A stretch of DNA of 64,000 nt from Candidatus Bathyarchaeota archaeon (GTDB lineage: Archaea > Thermoproteota > Bathyarchaeia > Bathyarchaeales > Bathycorpusculaceae). The notes beneath the pieces were generated by a model, which saw only the letters and a list, made by a program, of their open reading frames with translations, searched no databases and had not been told where the DNA came from. Shown in pieces: positions 11,020 to 22,199 of the stretch (position 1 is the first letter of the stretch; every line of letters begins with the position of its first letter). The DNA lies in contig CAWDRR010000002.1 in NCBI GenBank assembly GCA_963804785.1, forward strand, positions 119,369 to 183,368, written 5' to 3'. Both the position numbers and the translations under genes were made by a program.

Positions 11020-11778
11020 TTACCTAAAGAGGTCTCTTTCTTTGGCTCTAGTTAGTGAAATGGCTGAGGCGTTGTTGTCTTTTTCATAGTTGTATCCTCT
11101 GATTATAGCTGCAGGAATACCTTCGTTGGCTTGACCAATTACAAGTTCTGCAGCTGAAGATAGTTCATCTGCGATGGCGGTTTGCTTTATTCTAAGCGTG
11201 TAACCGAAGAGGTCTTTTTCGCCTCGTCTATCCCTTATTGGTTTAAATCCAGCTACGCCCACTGCCACATTAATTTCGCCAAGCCTAAACGGTCTGCCAT
11301 GAGTATCAGAAATAATAACAGCAACGTCAGCTTCTGTTAAACGTTTTATTTCTTTTCTTATGTTCTCTGCCGAAGAACTAGGGTTTTTTGGCAAGGGCAC
11401 AACATTTCTGTCTCCTGAAACGTTGGATCGGTCAACTCCTGCATTTGCACAAATTATGCCACTTACGGTTTCAGTAATTATGCTGTTTTGGCCAACTCGA
11501 ACGATGTCTTTGGTTTCCTGCAAAATAACTTCGACTAATGCGGGGTCTTTGTTGGTTTTTTGCGCTATTTCCTTTGCTTTCTCGGAGGGTTTAACTTTGT
11601 CTAGATCGATTACGTTTCCTTCTGCCTTCGAAACCACGACATGCGTAACCACTACAATGTCTTTTTCTTGGATTGGGGTGTTCTGTTTCTTTGCTGCTTC
11701 AACAATAAGCTTTCCTAAGTTGTCTCCTTTCTTAATTAACGGTAAATTTTCAACAGCGAATACTTGGACAGGGTTCAC
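11020..11778 (-). CDS. cofE: Coenzyme F420-0:L-glutamate ligase
   Basis: VVSKAEG, CANAGVDRSN, ISDTHGRPFRLG, IADELSSAAELVIGQ. Confidence 0.93.
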   Translation of the reverse strand: MNPVQVFAVENLPLIKKGDNLGKLIVEAAKKQNTPIQEKDIVVVTHVVVSKAEGNVIDLDKVKPSEKAKEIAQKTNKDPALVEVILQETKDIVRVGQNSIITETVSGIICANAGVDRSNVSGDRNVVPLPKNPSSSAENIRKEIKRLTEADVAVIISDTHGRPFRLGEINVAVGVAGFKPIRDRRGEKDLFGYTLRIKQTAIADELSSAAELVIGQANEGIPAAIIRGYNYEKDNNASAISLTRAKERDLFR

Positions 11779-11911
11779 GATTTTTGCCTCTTCTCAAAGT
11801 TGCTAATTAAGCGATAGAACTTAAGTTTATCTCGAAAAATGCGTTGAAAGAAGAAACTGGAAAAAAGATAATTTGGGACCGTAAAGGTCTCAATTGTTTT
11901 GATTGTTGTTT

Positions 11912-12637
11912 TTAGTTTCTGAATTTCTGCAGTTTTTGCAGCATCAATTTGTCGCCTTCAGCATCGCCTGCGCATGTTGCGATGATGCCGTCGACGAGTC
12001 CAACAAGTTTTGCTGCTTTCTCTTCAACTGTTTCCATGGTTGCAGCGGTAGGCCATCCGATCATTTTGACGGTTTCTACGTTTTTAGCTGTTCCAACTAG
12101 GAAGTAGGCGAACAGTGGCTTGTTGAGTTTCTTGCATTCAGCTGAGACTGCTTTAAGAGCTTCAAATGAGTCGTCGGTTAGCCTCATGAAATACACGAAG
12201 TCCCATGGTTCGCGTACCCGTTCAAGAGTCTCTTCAATTGAGCGTCTTGCTGTAAGTAGGCAACCGAGTTTTAGGTTTTTGGTTTTCACATCTGTGCGTA
12301 TGAAGTCTCGTGCTTTCTCGGATGAGGGCAGCATTGTTATAGGTTGACCAAACTTCGGGTTGTCTCCCATAGTGACTGCTAAGCCGTCTAATCCAATGAT
12401 GTCTGATGCTAAAGCTAAGCCTCCAACTTCAACTGGACCTTTATACTTTAGAATGAAGATTGGACAGACATATTTTTCTGGGTACTTGTATTTGAGTAAG
12501 CAGCTTACGACTACTCCGCTTGGAGCTGGGTAACCTGCTGCACCGTCAGTTACGTTCCATCCATCTACTAAGTCTTTGAGTTCTTCGGCAAGCTTTAGGA
12601 ATTTTCGTGTTGGCACAAATTCATTTAGTATTTTCAT
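11912..12637 (-). CDS. Short methylenetetrahydrofolate reductase-like (FAD TIM-barrel) protein
   Basis: NVTDGAAG and GLDGLAVTMGDNPKFG resemble the MetF N-terminal D..G and GD.P motifs; divergent. Confidence 0.55.
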   Translation of the reverse strand: MKILNEFVPTRKFLKLAEELKDLVDGWNVTDGAAGYPAPSGVVVSCLLKYKYPEKYVCPIFILKYKGPVEVGGLALASDIIGLDGLAVTMGDNPKFGQPITMLPSSEKARDFIRTDVKTKNLKLGCLLTARRSIEETLERVREPWDFVYFMRLTDDSFEALKAVSAECKKLNKPLFAYFLVGTAKNVETVKMIGWPTAATMETVEEKAAKLVGLVDGIIATCAGDAEGDKLMLQKLQKFRN

Positions 12638-12751
12638 GGAGATTTCATCTCAGCTTAATGGGTGAGATGTTTGGGTTAAAAAGGTTTTTGCATTAGTAGA
12701 GTCTGGTTTTTTGTATAAGGTTTTTTGGAGAAACATGATGAGAAATAGGCG

Positions 12752-13609
12752 TTATTTAGGTGTGTTTAGAGTAGTTGCGGCTTTTTTGGCGCGTTTAATC
12801 TTGAATTTGGCTAATCTGACGACTTCTTCCTTATCTACCTCTTCTTTAGTTGCGACCAAGTTTTTTAGGAGTTCCATCCCGACTTTTGACCTCACAACAA
12901 CACTTGAAAAACCAGGTTTGCTTCCAACGGAGCCAATTGAAACGTCGGCGAAACGCGATGTGAAATCATCACAGTAATGGCACGCTCTCTCTGCGGCGAT
13001 GTCAAGATCATTTACTTTGCAGCTGTATTCTTTTCCGTTGGCATAGGCTGTGAATTTTCCATGGCGTATTTGAGTTTTTTCAAACTTATCTAAGTCGATA
13101 CCCCAACGTGTATGCATTTCCTCTTTCAGCTTTGTCTTGTTAAAAGCTTCAAAGCAGAATAAGCCGATAACAGTGATTTCGCATTCGTTCCTTAGTGATT
13201 GCTGTATTTTTCTAGCGCTTTTTGCTTCGCAGGGCGTGCAAACGATGGCTATCCTTCTTTTTCCTTGGCTGATTAGCTCACGCAGCTTCTTGGTAACGTT
13301 AACTCTGAGGTATCTGGTTCCCCCCGCGGCGACAACTTCATCGGCATTCGTGGCAACGAAGACTTTTGCACTGTATCCCTCTCCGCGGTAAACGACAATG
13401 GCGGTATCAAAAATGTGTTCCTCTAAGCCCTTAACCAACAGTGCCGTAACCATTCCACCATCCTGCCCCTTAAACCTGCTTTTCGCCGAAAACATATTGC
13501 AGTAAACGCCGAGGTTTGGATCTTTTAAGCCCTCCAGAAATTGCTTTTCATTTTTTGATTCGCCTTGGGCTATGTAATTTTGGTTTTTCTCAGCTTGGTT
13601 ATCCGGCAT
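12752..13609 (-). CDS. F420 hydrogenase/dehydrogenase beta subunit (FrhB family)
   Basis: GQDGGMVTALL, VCTPCE, IGLFCFE, CHYCDDFTSRFADVSIGSVGS. Confidence 0.9.
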   Translation of the reverse strand: MPDNQAEKNQNYIAQGESKNEKQFLEGLKDPNLGVYCNMFSAKSRFKGQDGGMVTALLVKGLEEHIFDTAIVVYRGEGYSAKVFVATNADEVVAAGGTRYLRVNVTKKLRELISQGKRRIAIVCTPCEAKSARKIQQSLRNECEITVIGLFCFEAFNKTKLKEEMHTRWGIDLDKFEKTQIRHGKFTAYANGKEYSCKVNDLDIAAERACHYCDDFTSRFADVSIGSVGSKPGFSSVVVRSKVGMELLKNLVATKEEVDKEEVVRLAKFKIKRAKKAATTLNTPK

Positions 13610-13717
13610 ATTTGAAATTCAACCAGTTTTTTATTAAGTTTAGTTGGGGTTTTCGGGCAAATAAAGCTTTAACCTTCTATGACTACGTGCTTTTTCAGTT
13701 AAATGGGTAAGTTATTT

Positions 13718-14200
13718 TTGAATAAAAAAAATCAGGTACAGTCATGGTGACCAAGCTTTGCTTGACAAAATAGAGCCTTGCTTTAGAAAGAAATAAACGA
13801 GCACCATTGCCAACATTCACCAGATTTCAAAGACTGTACAGTCAGATGACTTTTGAATAAAGACAACCTCGATATTTTAAAGAAGTCATTTGTCCGGTAA
13901 AATTAGGGTTGACTTGGCAATCGATAAGCGTCAGGGTGCACTGTTGGATACTTCGTGAGCAGCCTAATTGTGAAAAGACAGACGAAATTAAATCCATTTT
14001 CGTCAATGTCGCTTACAGGAGTTTGGGAATTGGTGATTTACTGAAAGGGACGCACTATCATGGTTGGATGCAGAAGGTGCCACGGCAAAAATTGTCGAGA
14101 TGTGCGTTAGAAATGAGCAAGAATTAGGGTTCTACGCACGTTGCGGTTTTCTGCAAAGGAAAATGGTATTGAAACAAGTGAAAAATTATGACTCAGATAG
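13718..14200 (+). pseudogene. Degraded GNAT acetyltransferase
   Basis: Fragments in different frames: HGDQALLDKIEP, NEHHCQHSPDF, EIKSIFVNVAYRSLGIGDLL (motif A), DALSWLDAEGA..NEQELGFYARCGF (motif B); several frameshifts and an in-frame stop. Confidence 0.7.
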
Positions 14201-14320
14201 TCTCTCTCTCGAACGACCCTCTCTTTGATAAAAGGTAGAATTTTCATTTCTTGATTAGGTTTTGTTTTAGGAAACGTAAATTAATTCGGGGAAAGCAATT
14301 ATCTTTAGTTTGTGATTATT

Positions 14321-15101
14321 ATGAAAATTGCTGTTTCTGGTAAAGGTGGCGTAGGCAAAACCTTGATTGCAGGCGGTTTAGCGAGCGGTTTTGTTGAGCG
14401 CGGCTTAAAAACTATAGCTATAGACGCTGATTCATCACCAAACCTCGGTTTAACACTTAGGCTTGTCAGCTGAGGAAACCCGCAAAATAGTTCCTATTAC
14501 AGAGAACAAGCCGTTGGTGGAGTCTAAAACCAGCACTGGCTACAACAGCATTTACAATTTAAATTTCACTGTTGACGATATAGTTAGAGACTACTCCATA
14601 TCCACTCCCCTTGGTGTAAACCTGATTGTAATGGGAACGGTGCAGGCGATGGAGGCAGGTTGCATGTGCGCCCCAAATGCTGTCATCCGTGCTCTACTTC
14701 GGCATCTTGTGGTTGATCGGAATGAAGCTATTGTTATGGATTTGGAGGCTGGTGTAGAGCATATAGGCAGAGGCACCGCTAGACAAGTGGACGCATTACT
14801 AACAGTTGCCGACTCTAACCTAAAATCCTTAGAAATCGCTAAACACATACATGACTTGGCATCTGCAGCGGGCATGAAAAAGATCTACCTCATCGGAAAC
14901 AGAGTAATGAATGACGCCCAAAAAGATGCAATTCAAAGTTTCGCAGACAAAAACGGGCTAAATTTGCTTGCTTTAGTGCCCTTCGACCAAAAGGTAATTG
15001 AGGCAGATATGCTCGGTGTAACCCCACTGAAAAACAAAGAAATCGCGGCAATTAAGGCGATAGACGATATTTGCGAGCTTTTAATTAAGAAAACAGCATA
15101 A
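14321..15101 (+). CDS. cooC: CODH nickel-insertion ATPase CooC-like (one apparent +1 frameshift at ~14459)
   Basis: MKIAVSGKGGVGKT, DAD..PNL, GCMC, DLEAGVEHIGRG. Confidence 0.88.
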
Positions 15102-15211
15102 TATTTTTTACTTTTTCTTGCTGTAACATGCAAATAAATAGAAGTAATTTTGTCGCTGAATTCTTTTATTCCAGTTTGGCTTTCTTTATAAACATCAAGT
15201 AGGTAAAAAAA

Positions 15212-15661
15212 ATGGTTAAAATCAAAATAGGTGACATCGCACCAAACTTTACCCTTCAATCAAACATTGGTGAAGCTATTAGTTTGTCACAGTTCTTGGG
15301 AAAGAAGAACGTTGTTCTCTTCTTTTATCCGCGGGATGAAGGACCTACTTGCTGTAAAGAGGCTGAGGCATTCAGAGATAATTATGAAGCCTTCAAAGAT
15401 AGTAATTCAGAAGTAATTGGTATAAGTGCGCAAAGTGTGGAATCGCATAAGAGCTTTGCCAATAATCATAATTTACAATATGTTTTACTGAGTGATGCCG
15501 ATAACATAGTAAGAAAACTTTATGGAGTTACGTCTACTCTGGGAATACCTGGAAGGGTTACTTTCGTTATTGATAAAAAAGGTATCGTTAAGCATGTTTT
15601 CTCTTCACAACTTCATTTCATTAAGCATGCAAAGGAAGCCTTACAAGCATTAAGGGTATAG
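15212..15661 (+). CDS. bcp: Peroxiredoxin, BCP/PrxQ type
   Basis: GDIAPNFTL, VLFFYPRD..TCCKEA, RVTFVIDKKG. Confidence 0.85.
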   Translation: MVKIKIGDIAPNFTLQSNIGEAISLSQFLGKKNVVLFFYPRDEGPTCCKEAEAFRDNYEAFKDSNSEVIGISAQSVESHKSFANNHNLQYVLLSDADNIVRKLYGVTSTLGIPGRVTFVIDKKGIVKHVFSSQLHFIKHAKEALQALRV

Positions 15662-15717
15662 TTGAAACTTGAACTAATCTCCAGTAAGTGTATTATTGGA
15701 TCGTTGAGACTGCTCTC

Positions 15718-16170
15718 TTAGATTGTATTTTTTATTTCATACACCATATCACAGTCGCCTACTGGACCTGGTTTGCGGATCTCTTTTAATCGGACATTTC
15801 TAATTTTTAGGTTTTCTGACAGTGCTCCTACTGGGAACAATGAAATTGCGCAAGCTGGCATGATTCCAAACCGTTCTTTAACGAGTTTGCCATGGCAAAT
15901 GTAGCACCCTCGAAATTTCAGAATATATTCTTGTGCTTGCTTTTCCAAAGTTACGCTATTGGCAATCTTACGTTCGTTTTGAATGTAACTTGCGGCCTTC
16001 TCCATTAAGTCATCTGGAGTTTGAGCAGGATGAATGGATTTGCCCCAAGTTTTTCCTAATGCCATGCTAGCTTTTGAAAAAACCTTTTGATTTTCCTCTC
16101 CTAAGGCTCCTTGAATAGAACACATAATTTCGAGGACTGGTTTTTGTGGGATCATTTTTTCCTCTGACAT
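15718..16170 (-). CDS. Hypothetical protein, V4R-like Cys-containing domain
   Basis: LGKTWG, CYICH, PAC and C-terminal GDC, spaced like V4R-type sensory domains. Confidence 0.5.
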   Translation of the reverse strand: MSEEKMIPQKPVLEIMCSIQGALGEENQKVFSKASMALGKTWGKSIHPAQTPDDLMEKAASYIQNERKIANSVTLEKQAQEYILKFRGCYICHGKLVKERFGIMPACAISLFPVGALSENLKIRNVRLKEIRKPGPVGDCDMVYEIKNTI

Positions 16171-16334
16171 TTTTGTTCCTCTTGGACTTTTTGATACTCA
16201 TCAAAAGATCGGGAGCGTTTAAGGATTTTGTTTCTTTTCAAATTAAAGTTGTAAAGAAACTATTTCAATACTGACTTTGAGTTAAAAGACAATGCAGAGA
16301 AAAGGAAGAAAATTTAAAGCTAAACTTTAAAGGT

Positions 16335-16523
16335 TTAGCAGTGATCGTGACCGCAATTGCAACTGTGACCAGACGAGTTTCCACCGATATATTTTTTGGG
16401 ATCTGCTTCAAAGGATTTTTTGCATCCTGGAGCACAGAAATAATAGTATTTACCTTGGTAGATTGTTTTGTACTTTGCAGTTTTCTCATCAACTTCCATG
16501 TTGCATACTAAATCTTTAGCCAT
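16335..16523 (-). CDS. YHS/TRASH domain metal chaperone with His/Cys tail
   Basis: KDLVCNM..YYFCAPGCKKSF..P.KY, tail HSCNCGHDHC; GGAGGTGA SD; directly after copA. Confidence 0.88.
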   Translation of the reverse strand: MAKDLVCNMEVDEKTAKYKTIYQGKYYYFCAPGCKKSFEADPKKYIGGNSSGHSCNCGHDHC

Positions 16524-16563
16524 ACTTTTTTCACCTCCAACAACATCATTTTAGGTTTTGTGA

Positions 16564-18985
16564 TTATATTTTTGGTTTAAATCTCCTGAGAAGTGAAGCG
16601 TTAGCAACTACTGTTACTGAACTGCTTGCCATTGCTGCTGCCGCGTAAACTGGATTGAACAACACATGTAAGATTGGGTAGAATGCTCCTGCCGCTAAAG
16701 GAATTAGGACTATATTGTAGAAGAATGCCCAGAACAGGTTCTGCCGAATTTTCTTCATCGTAGCGCGGCTCAACTGAATAGCTACTACTACATCCCTTAA
16801 ATCATTCTTAATTAGCACGATATCTCCCGTTTCAATAGCTACATCTGTTCCGCTGCCCACTGCAATTCCGATGTTTGCTTGTGCCAAAGCTGGAGCATCG
16901 TTTATTCCGTCTCCAACCATAGCTACAACTTTGCCTTCGGATTGTAGTCGCTTGATTTCTGTGGCTTTTTCGGATGGAAGAACTTCTGCAAAGACGCGGT
17001 TAACGCCTACTTGTGATGCGATGGCTTTGGCTGTTCTCTGGTTGTCGCCTGTAATCATGATGACTTCCAATCCCATCTGTTGAAGAGTTTTCACTGCGTC
17101 GGCGGAGTGTTCCTTTAAGGTGTCGGCCACCGCTATCAAACCTGCAAGCTTGTTGTCAACGGCCAGGAGCATAGCTGTTTTGCCTTCTTCCTCAAACGAT
17201 GACATTTTTCCCTCAATCGCACTGAGGTCCAAGTTGTTTGCCTCCATCAGTTTTCGGTTGCCCAACAATATTTTGGCTCCTCTATGTTCTACTTCTACTC
17301 CATATCCAGGGATAGCGTTGAATAATTCCGGTTCATCAACTTGGATTCCCTTTTCCTTTGCTTTTTTCACGATGGCCGCTCCCAGCGGATGCTCGGAGTT
17401 TTTCTCTGCGATGGCGGCGAACTGCAGAAGCTGGGTTTCTCCGAACGGTTCAGATGGGGCTATGTCGGTTACTTCTGGTTCGCCCTTGGTTAATGTTCCT
17501 GTTTTATCAAAAACAACTGCTTGAAGCTTGTATACCGCTTCCAATGCTTCACCGCTTTTTATTAGAATGCCGTTTTCTGCTCCTTTTCCAACACCAACCA
17601 TTATCGCTGTAGGAGTAGCTAGTCCAAGAGCGCAAGGGCAAGCAACAATTAACACAGCGATAAAAACTGTGAGTGAGAATATGAAAGTTGCTCCGACAAT
17701 AAAGTACCATATTAATGCTGAAAGTGTCGCCGTAATAATGATGGCTGGAACAAAATATCCCGAAGCAATGTCGGCTAATCTTTGAATAGGTGCTTTCGAA
17801 GTTAACGCATCTTCAACCATGTTTATGATTTGGGCAAGGACTGTGTCTTTGCCGACTTTGGTGGCTTTGAACTTTAGCATACCCGTCTTGTTCATGGTGG
17901 CTCCTACGACTTGGTCGCCGCTTCGCTTTTCGACTGGGATGCTTTCGCCTGTGATTACTTTTTCGTCCACTGCTGAGTAGCCTTCGGTAACAGTGCCGTC
18001 GACGGGGATTTTTTCTCCCGGTCTAACCAAGACGATGTCGCCTACTTGTACGTCTTCAACTGGAATTTCCTGTTCCTCACCGTTACGGATGACTCGGGCT
18101 GTTTTGGCTTGAAGACCCATGATTTTTCTGATAGCTTCAGAGGTTCTGCCTTTGGCAACGGCATCTAAGAGTTTACCCAGCAAAATGAAGCTCATGATCA
18201 TGGTGGCGGTATCGAAGAATACTCCTGCACCGGGGAAAACGTTTGGGACAAAGGTGACGACTGTGCTGTAGATCCATGCGGTGGATGTGCCCATTGCAAT
18301 TAAGGTGTCCATGTTGGCGGTCTTGTTTCGTAGCCCCTTGTATGTGCCAACGTAGAATGTCCAACCCACGATGAACTGAACTGGTGTTGCAAGCAGGAAC
18401 ATTAGGATGTTGTTTTGCTCCATAGGTAGAGGTGAGAGCCACATCAAAACAATGATTGGAATAGTCAGGACAACGCTTGTGGCTAAAAGGATTTTTAGGT
18501 GTCGGATGTGGCGTTTGCGTTCTGCACCTGCTGTGTCCTCATGAGTTTTTTGTTGTTGTTCGATTACTTGGTATCCGCTGTCTTGGATGGTTTTTTTTAT
18601 GCTTGGTAAGCTGATTTGCTGGGGGTTATATTCGACTGAGACGCTTTCAGCGGCAAAGTTAACGACTGCGTTGTAGACTCCTTCACGGTTGCGCAAGGGC
18701 TTTTTCGATGGTTTTGGCACAGTTAACGCATGACATACCTCCGATTTGGAGGGCGATTTTTTCGTGGATTACATGATAACCTGAGTTGGTGATAATATCT
18801 TCGATGGTTTTTTGGTTGATGATGTCGGGGTTGTAGTCTATTATTGCTTGTTCAGCGGCGAGGTTTACGGTAGCTTGGTTTACTCCGTTTAATTTGGAGA
18901 GTTCCTTTTCGATGGTGTGTGCACAGTTTATGCAGCTCATTCCACCGATGTTAAGTGCGATTTTTTTGTTTTTTTCTTGACTCAT
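16564..18985 (-). CDS. copA: Cu(I)-translocating P1B-type ATPase (one apparent frameshift at ~18694)
   Basis: Two GMSCxNC metal-binding domains, [38 protein letters not shown]. Confidence 0.93.
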
Positions 18986-19424
18986 TTTGTTTACCTTGGT
19001 TTGAATGTATTATGTATATTCTAAATCAAGTCTAATTCTAGATAATAATGTCATTCGAATAGGTAAATATTTCCAACACTATTGAAAACAAAGTTATTTG
19101 GAAACTCTCAGGCTATAGAAATTAATGCTCGCTATCCTGTGCAATGGAGGGCACTGAGGCAGGCGAAAAAACGCAAATATCCCCCGATTTAAGTTTGCTC
19201 TTGTTTTGAACGGTTTAAAGCTTTACGATTACAACCTGCACAGAGTTGAGAGCGCGCGCCAAAGAAAACTAACGCAATATTCTCCAATAGTTCCAAGATT
19301 TCGCGGTGAAAAGCCTTCGATCATTAAGCACTTCCTTATTCAGACTAGCGTATGATTTGAAGAAACAAATCAACAAAAACGTTGAAAAGTTTATTTTCCC
19401 TTAGACCAATACATCTTATCTACA

Positions 19425-20192
19425 ATGGAAATGCTTGAAGTTAAAGACCTATCAGTCAAGGTCGAAGGCAAACTCATACTGAAAGACATGAATTTTAGTC
19501 TGAAAGAAGGCGTTAGCCATATTCTCTTTGGACCCAACGGCTCAGGGAAAACCACACTTATTAGCACTCTTATGGGGTTGCCAGGCTACGAAGTGGTCTC
19601 CGGCAAGATACTTTTCCGCGGAGTCGACATCACAAACGAAGGCGTTGATGAACGCGCTAAGTTGGGGATGATCATGAGTTTCCAGAACCCCCCGGAAATT
19701 ACCGGTGTAAAGCTTGGCGACCTTCTTAAATTGTGCTTGGGCAAGAATGAAACTTACGAGTTCAGCACAGAAGAAAAAAAGCAAATAGACGCTTTCAGGT
19801 TAACCAGTTTCCTGAACAGGGATACTAACGTAGGTTTCAGTGGTGGAGAGCGGAAGCGTTCCGAAATTCTGCAATTAATTTTCCTTAAGCCAAAGCTGTT
19901 GCTTCTGGATGAACCTGATTCAGGAGTGGACGTAGATAGCCTGCGAATGATCGCAACCGAAATTCAAAACTACATTGAGAGTTCAGGCAGTTCAGCGTTG
20001 ATAATTACACACAAAGGTGACATATTGGAGCACGTAAAAGCCGAATACGGTTGCATACTGCTCGAGGGCCAGTTCCACTGCTTTACTGACCCAATGAGAA
20101 TTTACGATGATATCAAGCGGGTAGGCTACGAAGAGTGTGTAGCCTGCAGAAGAAGAAAGCCACAGGGGTGGAAAACTGAGCAAACAAAGTGA
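19425..20192 (+). CDS. sufC: Fe-S assembly ABC ATPase SufC (SmsC-type)
   Basis: GPNGSGKT, FSGGERKRSE, DEPDSGVD, C-terminal ECVAC. Confidence 0.92.
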   Translation: MEMLEVKDLSVKVEGKLILKDMNFSLKEGVSHILFGPNGSGKTTLISTLMGLPGYEVVSGKILFRGVDITNEGVDERAKLGMIMSFQNPPEITGVKLGDLLKLCLGKNETYEFSTEEKKQIDAFRLTSFLNRDTNVGFSGGERKRSEILQLIFLKPKLLLLDEPDSGVDVDSLRMIATEIQNYIESSGSSALIITHKGDILEHVKAEYGCILLEGQFHCFTDPMRIYDDIKRVGYEECVACRRRKPQGWKTEQTK

Positions 20193-21300
20193 CCTTACGA
20201 AAGTTCCACACAAAATACTTGAAGAAGCCCAAAAAGCAGGCCTAGAAACCCAAGAGAAGAACCGTTCAGCCACTTTCTTCCACCTAAATCAAGAAACGAT
20301 AGCAGCTAAGGTCAATGAGCTCTATGAAGGCAAGTTAGAACTCATGGACACAAAAGTGGCACTTAAGAAGTATTCGTGGCTAGAAAAGTATCGTTGGAAG
20401 CTTGTAAGCAAGGACAAGGACGAGTTCACAAAGAAGGTGGCGGAAGATTACAGTGGCGGCTACTTCATGCGCATACTGCCAGGGGCTGAAATATCGTTTC
20501 CACTACAATCTTGCCTGATGATTACCGAGAAGAACTTAGAGCAAAAAGTACACAACATCATTATAGCCGAGGAGGGATCAAAAGCCCACATAATCACCAG
20601 TTGCGTACAACACTCCTCAGTTCCTAAAGCAGCACATTTGGGAATTTCGGAGATTTATGTGAAGAATAACGCCATGTTAAACTTCACTATGATTCATCAG
20701 TGGAGCGAGGACACGCTGGTCCGACCAAGAAGCGCAACTCAAGTTGATGATAGGGCCACTTTTGTTTCGAACTACGTGTGCATGCGCCCTGTTCGGGATG
20801 TACAGATGTACCCAGTCGCGTATTGCAATGGTGAAGACTCTCGTGTAAGCTTCAACAGCATACTATACGGACAAAAGAACAGCCAACTCGACATCGGATC
20901 TAAAGCGGTTCTAACCGGAAAAGGCAGCAAAGCAGAGATGGTAAGTCGCGCAATAGCTCGTGAAGGCTCCAAAATGATAATTCGCGGTATGATTGAGGGT
21001 AATAACTCCGAATGTAAAGGTCACCTAGAATGCCGAGGGCTACTCATGGATGATGAATCTCTCATTCAATCCATTCCGGAGCTTATTGCAAGGAAAAAAG
21101 GTGTAGAAATAACACATGAAGCTGCCGTGGGGAAGATTAGCGAGAAAGAAATCACGTATCTAATGACACGTAGATTATCGCGAGACCAAGCAGTCTCACT
21201 CATTATACGCGGCTTCATGGATGTGAGCATTCTTGGTTTGCCTGAGGCTTTAAACGTAGAGATCAAGAACATCGTTAACACCTATGCTGACGCTGAATAG
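20176..21300 (+). CDS. sufB: SufB/SufD-family Fe-S scaffold (SmsB-type); probable CTG start
   Basis: PLQSC, GHLECRGL, PEL, HEAAVGKI, IIRGF; frame stays open 56 codons upstream of ATG 20344 to a CTG preceded by GGGGTGG. Confidence 0.88.
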   Translation: MSKQSDLTKVPHKILEEAQKAGLETQEKNRSATFFHLNQETIAAKVNELYEGKLELMDTKVALKKYSWLEKYRWKLVSKDKDEFTKKVAEDYSGGYFMRILPGAEISFPLQSCLMITEKNLEQKVHNIIIAEEGSKAHIITSCVQHSSVPKAAHLGISEIYVKNNAMLNFTMIHQWSEDTLVRPRSATQVDDRATFVSNYVCMRPVRDVQMYPVAYCNGEDSRVSFNSILYGQKNSQLDIGSKAVLTGKGSKAEMVSRAIAREGSKMIIRGMIEGNNSECKGHLECRGLLMDDESLIQSIPELIARKKGVEITHEAAVGKISEKEITYLMTRRLSRDQAVSLIIRGFMDVSILGLPEALNVEIKNIVNTYADAE

Positions 21301-21416
21301 CCTGGAAACAAAAACGGTTTTTGGACAACAACGGTTGCCATGGCGATTTTTGTGCCTGTTAGGAAAGGAAGACTTACGACCCCCTCGAAGCAGCAGCCAA
21401 AGTCTACACCCACCTT

Positions 21417-22166
21417 TTATTCTAGTAGCAGAAGCAGTAACATTGGGAGAACGCCAAGAACAAGAGACATCATCTGCAACGCAGCTTTCTTTGGCTCGGG
21501 CGTATCTTTGCGAAGCTCTGGAATCAAATCTGATCCTGCAATGTAGATGAAGTTGCCCGCTGCAAAAGGTATCAATAATGGTGTGAAACCGCCGATAGTT
21601 GAACCTACCACAAACGCGATTATGGCTCCAACAATCGCTGTCAAAGCAGTCAAAAAGTTGAACATGAGTGCTTTTTTCTTGTTGAATCCCCCATAAACTA
21701 AGACGCTGAAGTCTCCAAGTTCCTGAGGAACCTCGTGGAATATCACAGCTATCGTTGTGGCTATGCCTAAGGGGATGCTGGCTATGTAACTGCCTCCAAT
21801 TATTAATCCATCTATTAGGTTGTGGACAGCGTCTCCGAATAGATTCATGTATGCAAAAGAATGTGGATGCTCGTTGGATGTTGGAATGTGGCAGTGTCTC
21901 CACTGCAGAAATTTTTCTACCGCAAAAGAGGAAAGTATGCCCACGATGATTAGCAAAGATGTGGCTATTCCAAGACCAGTTTCTTCTGCTGCCTCCGGTA
22001 AGAGATGCAAAAACGCGTCTCCAAGCAAGCCGCCAGCTGCGAAACTAACTAAGTAAATGAATACTTTTTTGAGCTTCTTATCAGATACCCATAAAGCTAG
22101 TACACCAATCAAAGAAATCATGCTTACAGCTAAAACGCTTAGTATGCCAAGTATCCATGCATCCAT
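21417..22166 (-). CDS. ZIP-family divalent metal transporter
   Basis: AFLHLLPE, HCH..HPH loop, DAVHNLIDG, HEVPQELGD. Confidence 0.92.
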   Translation of the reverse strand: MDAWILGILSVLAVSMISLIGVLALWVSDKKLKKVFIYLVSFAAGGLLGDAFLHLLPEAAEETGLGIATSLLIIVGILSSFAVEKFLQWRHCHIPTSNEHPHSFAYMNLFGDAVHNLIDGLIIGGSYIASIPLGIATTIAVIFHEVPQELGDFSVLVYGGFNKKKALMFNFLTALTAIVGAIIAFVVGSTIGGFTPLLIPFAAGNFIYIAGSDLIPELRKDTPEPKKAALQMMSLVLGVLPMLLLLLLE

Positions 22167-22199
22167 GTTATTTCACGGAGGAGTGGATTATTCTGGATG

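Noticed and set aside
21250-21903. Long alternative-frame and antisense ORFs (also 39272-39853, 44331-44792, 48554-49060)
   Set aside because: They overlap well-supported genes and show no motifs; shadow ORFs.
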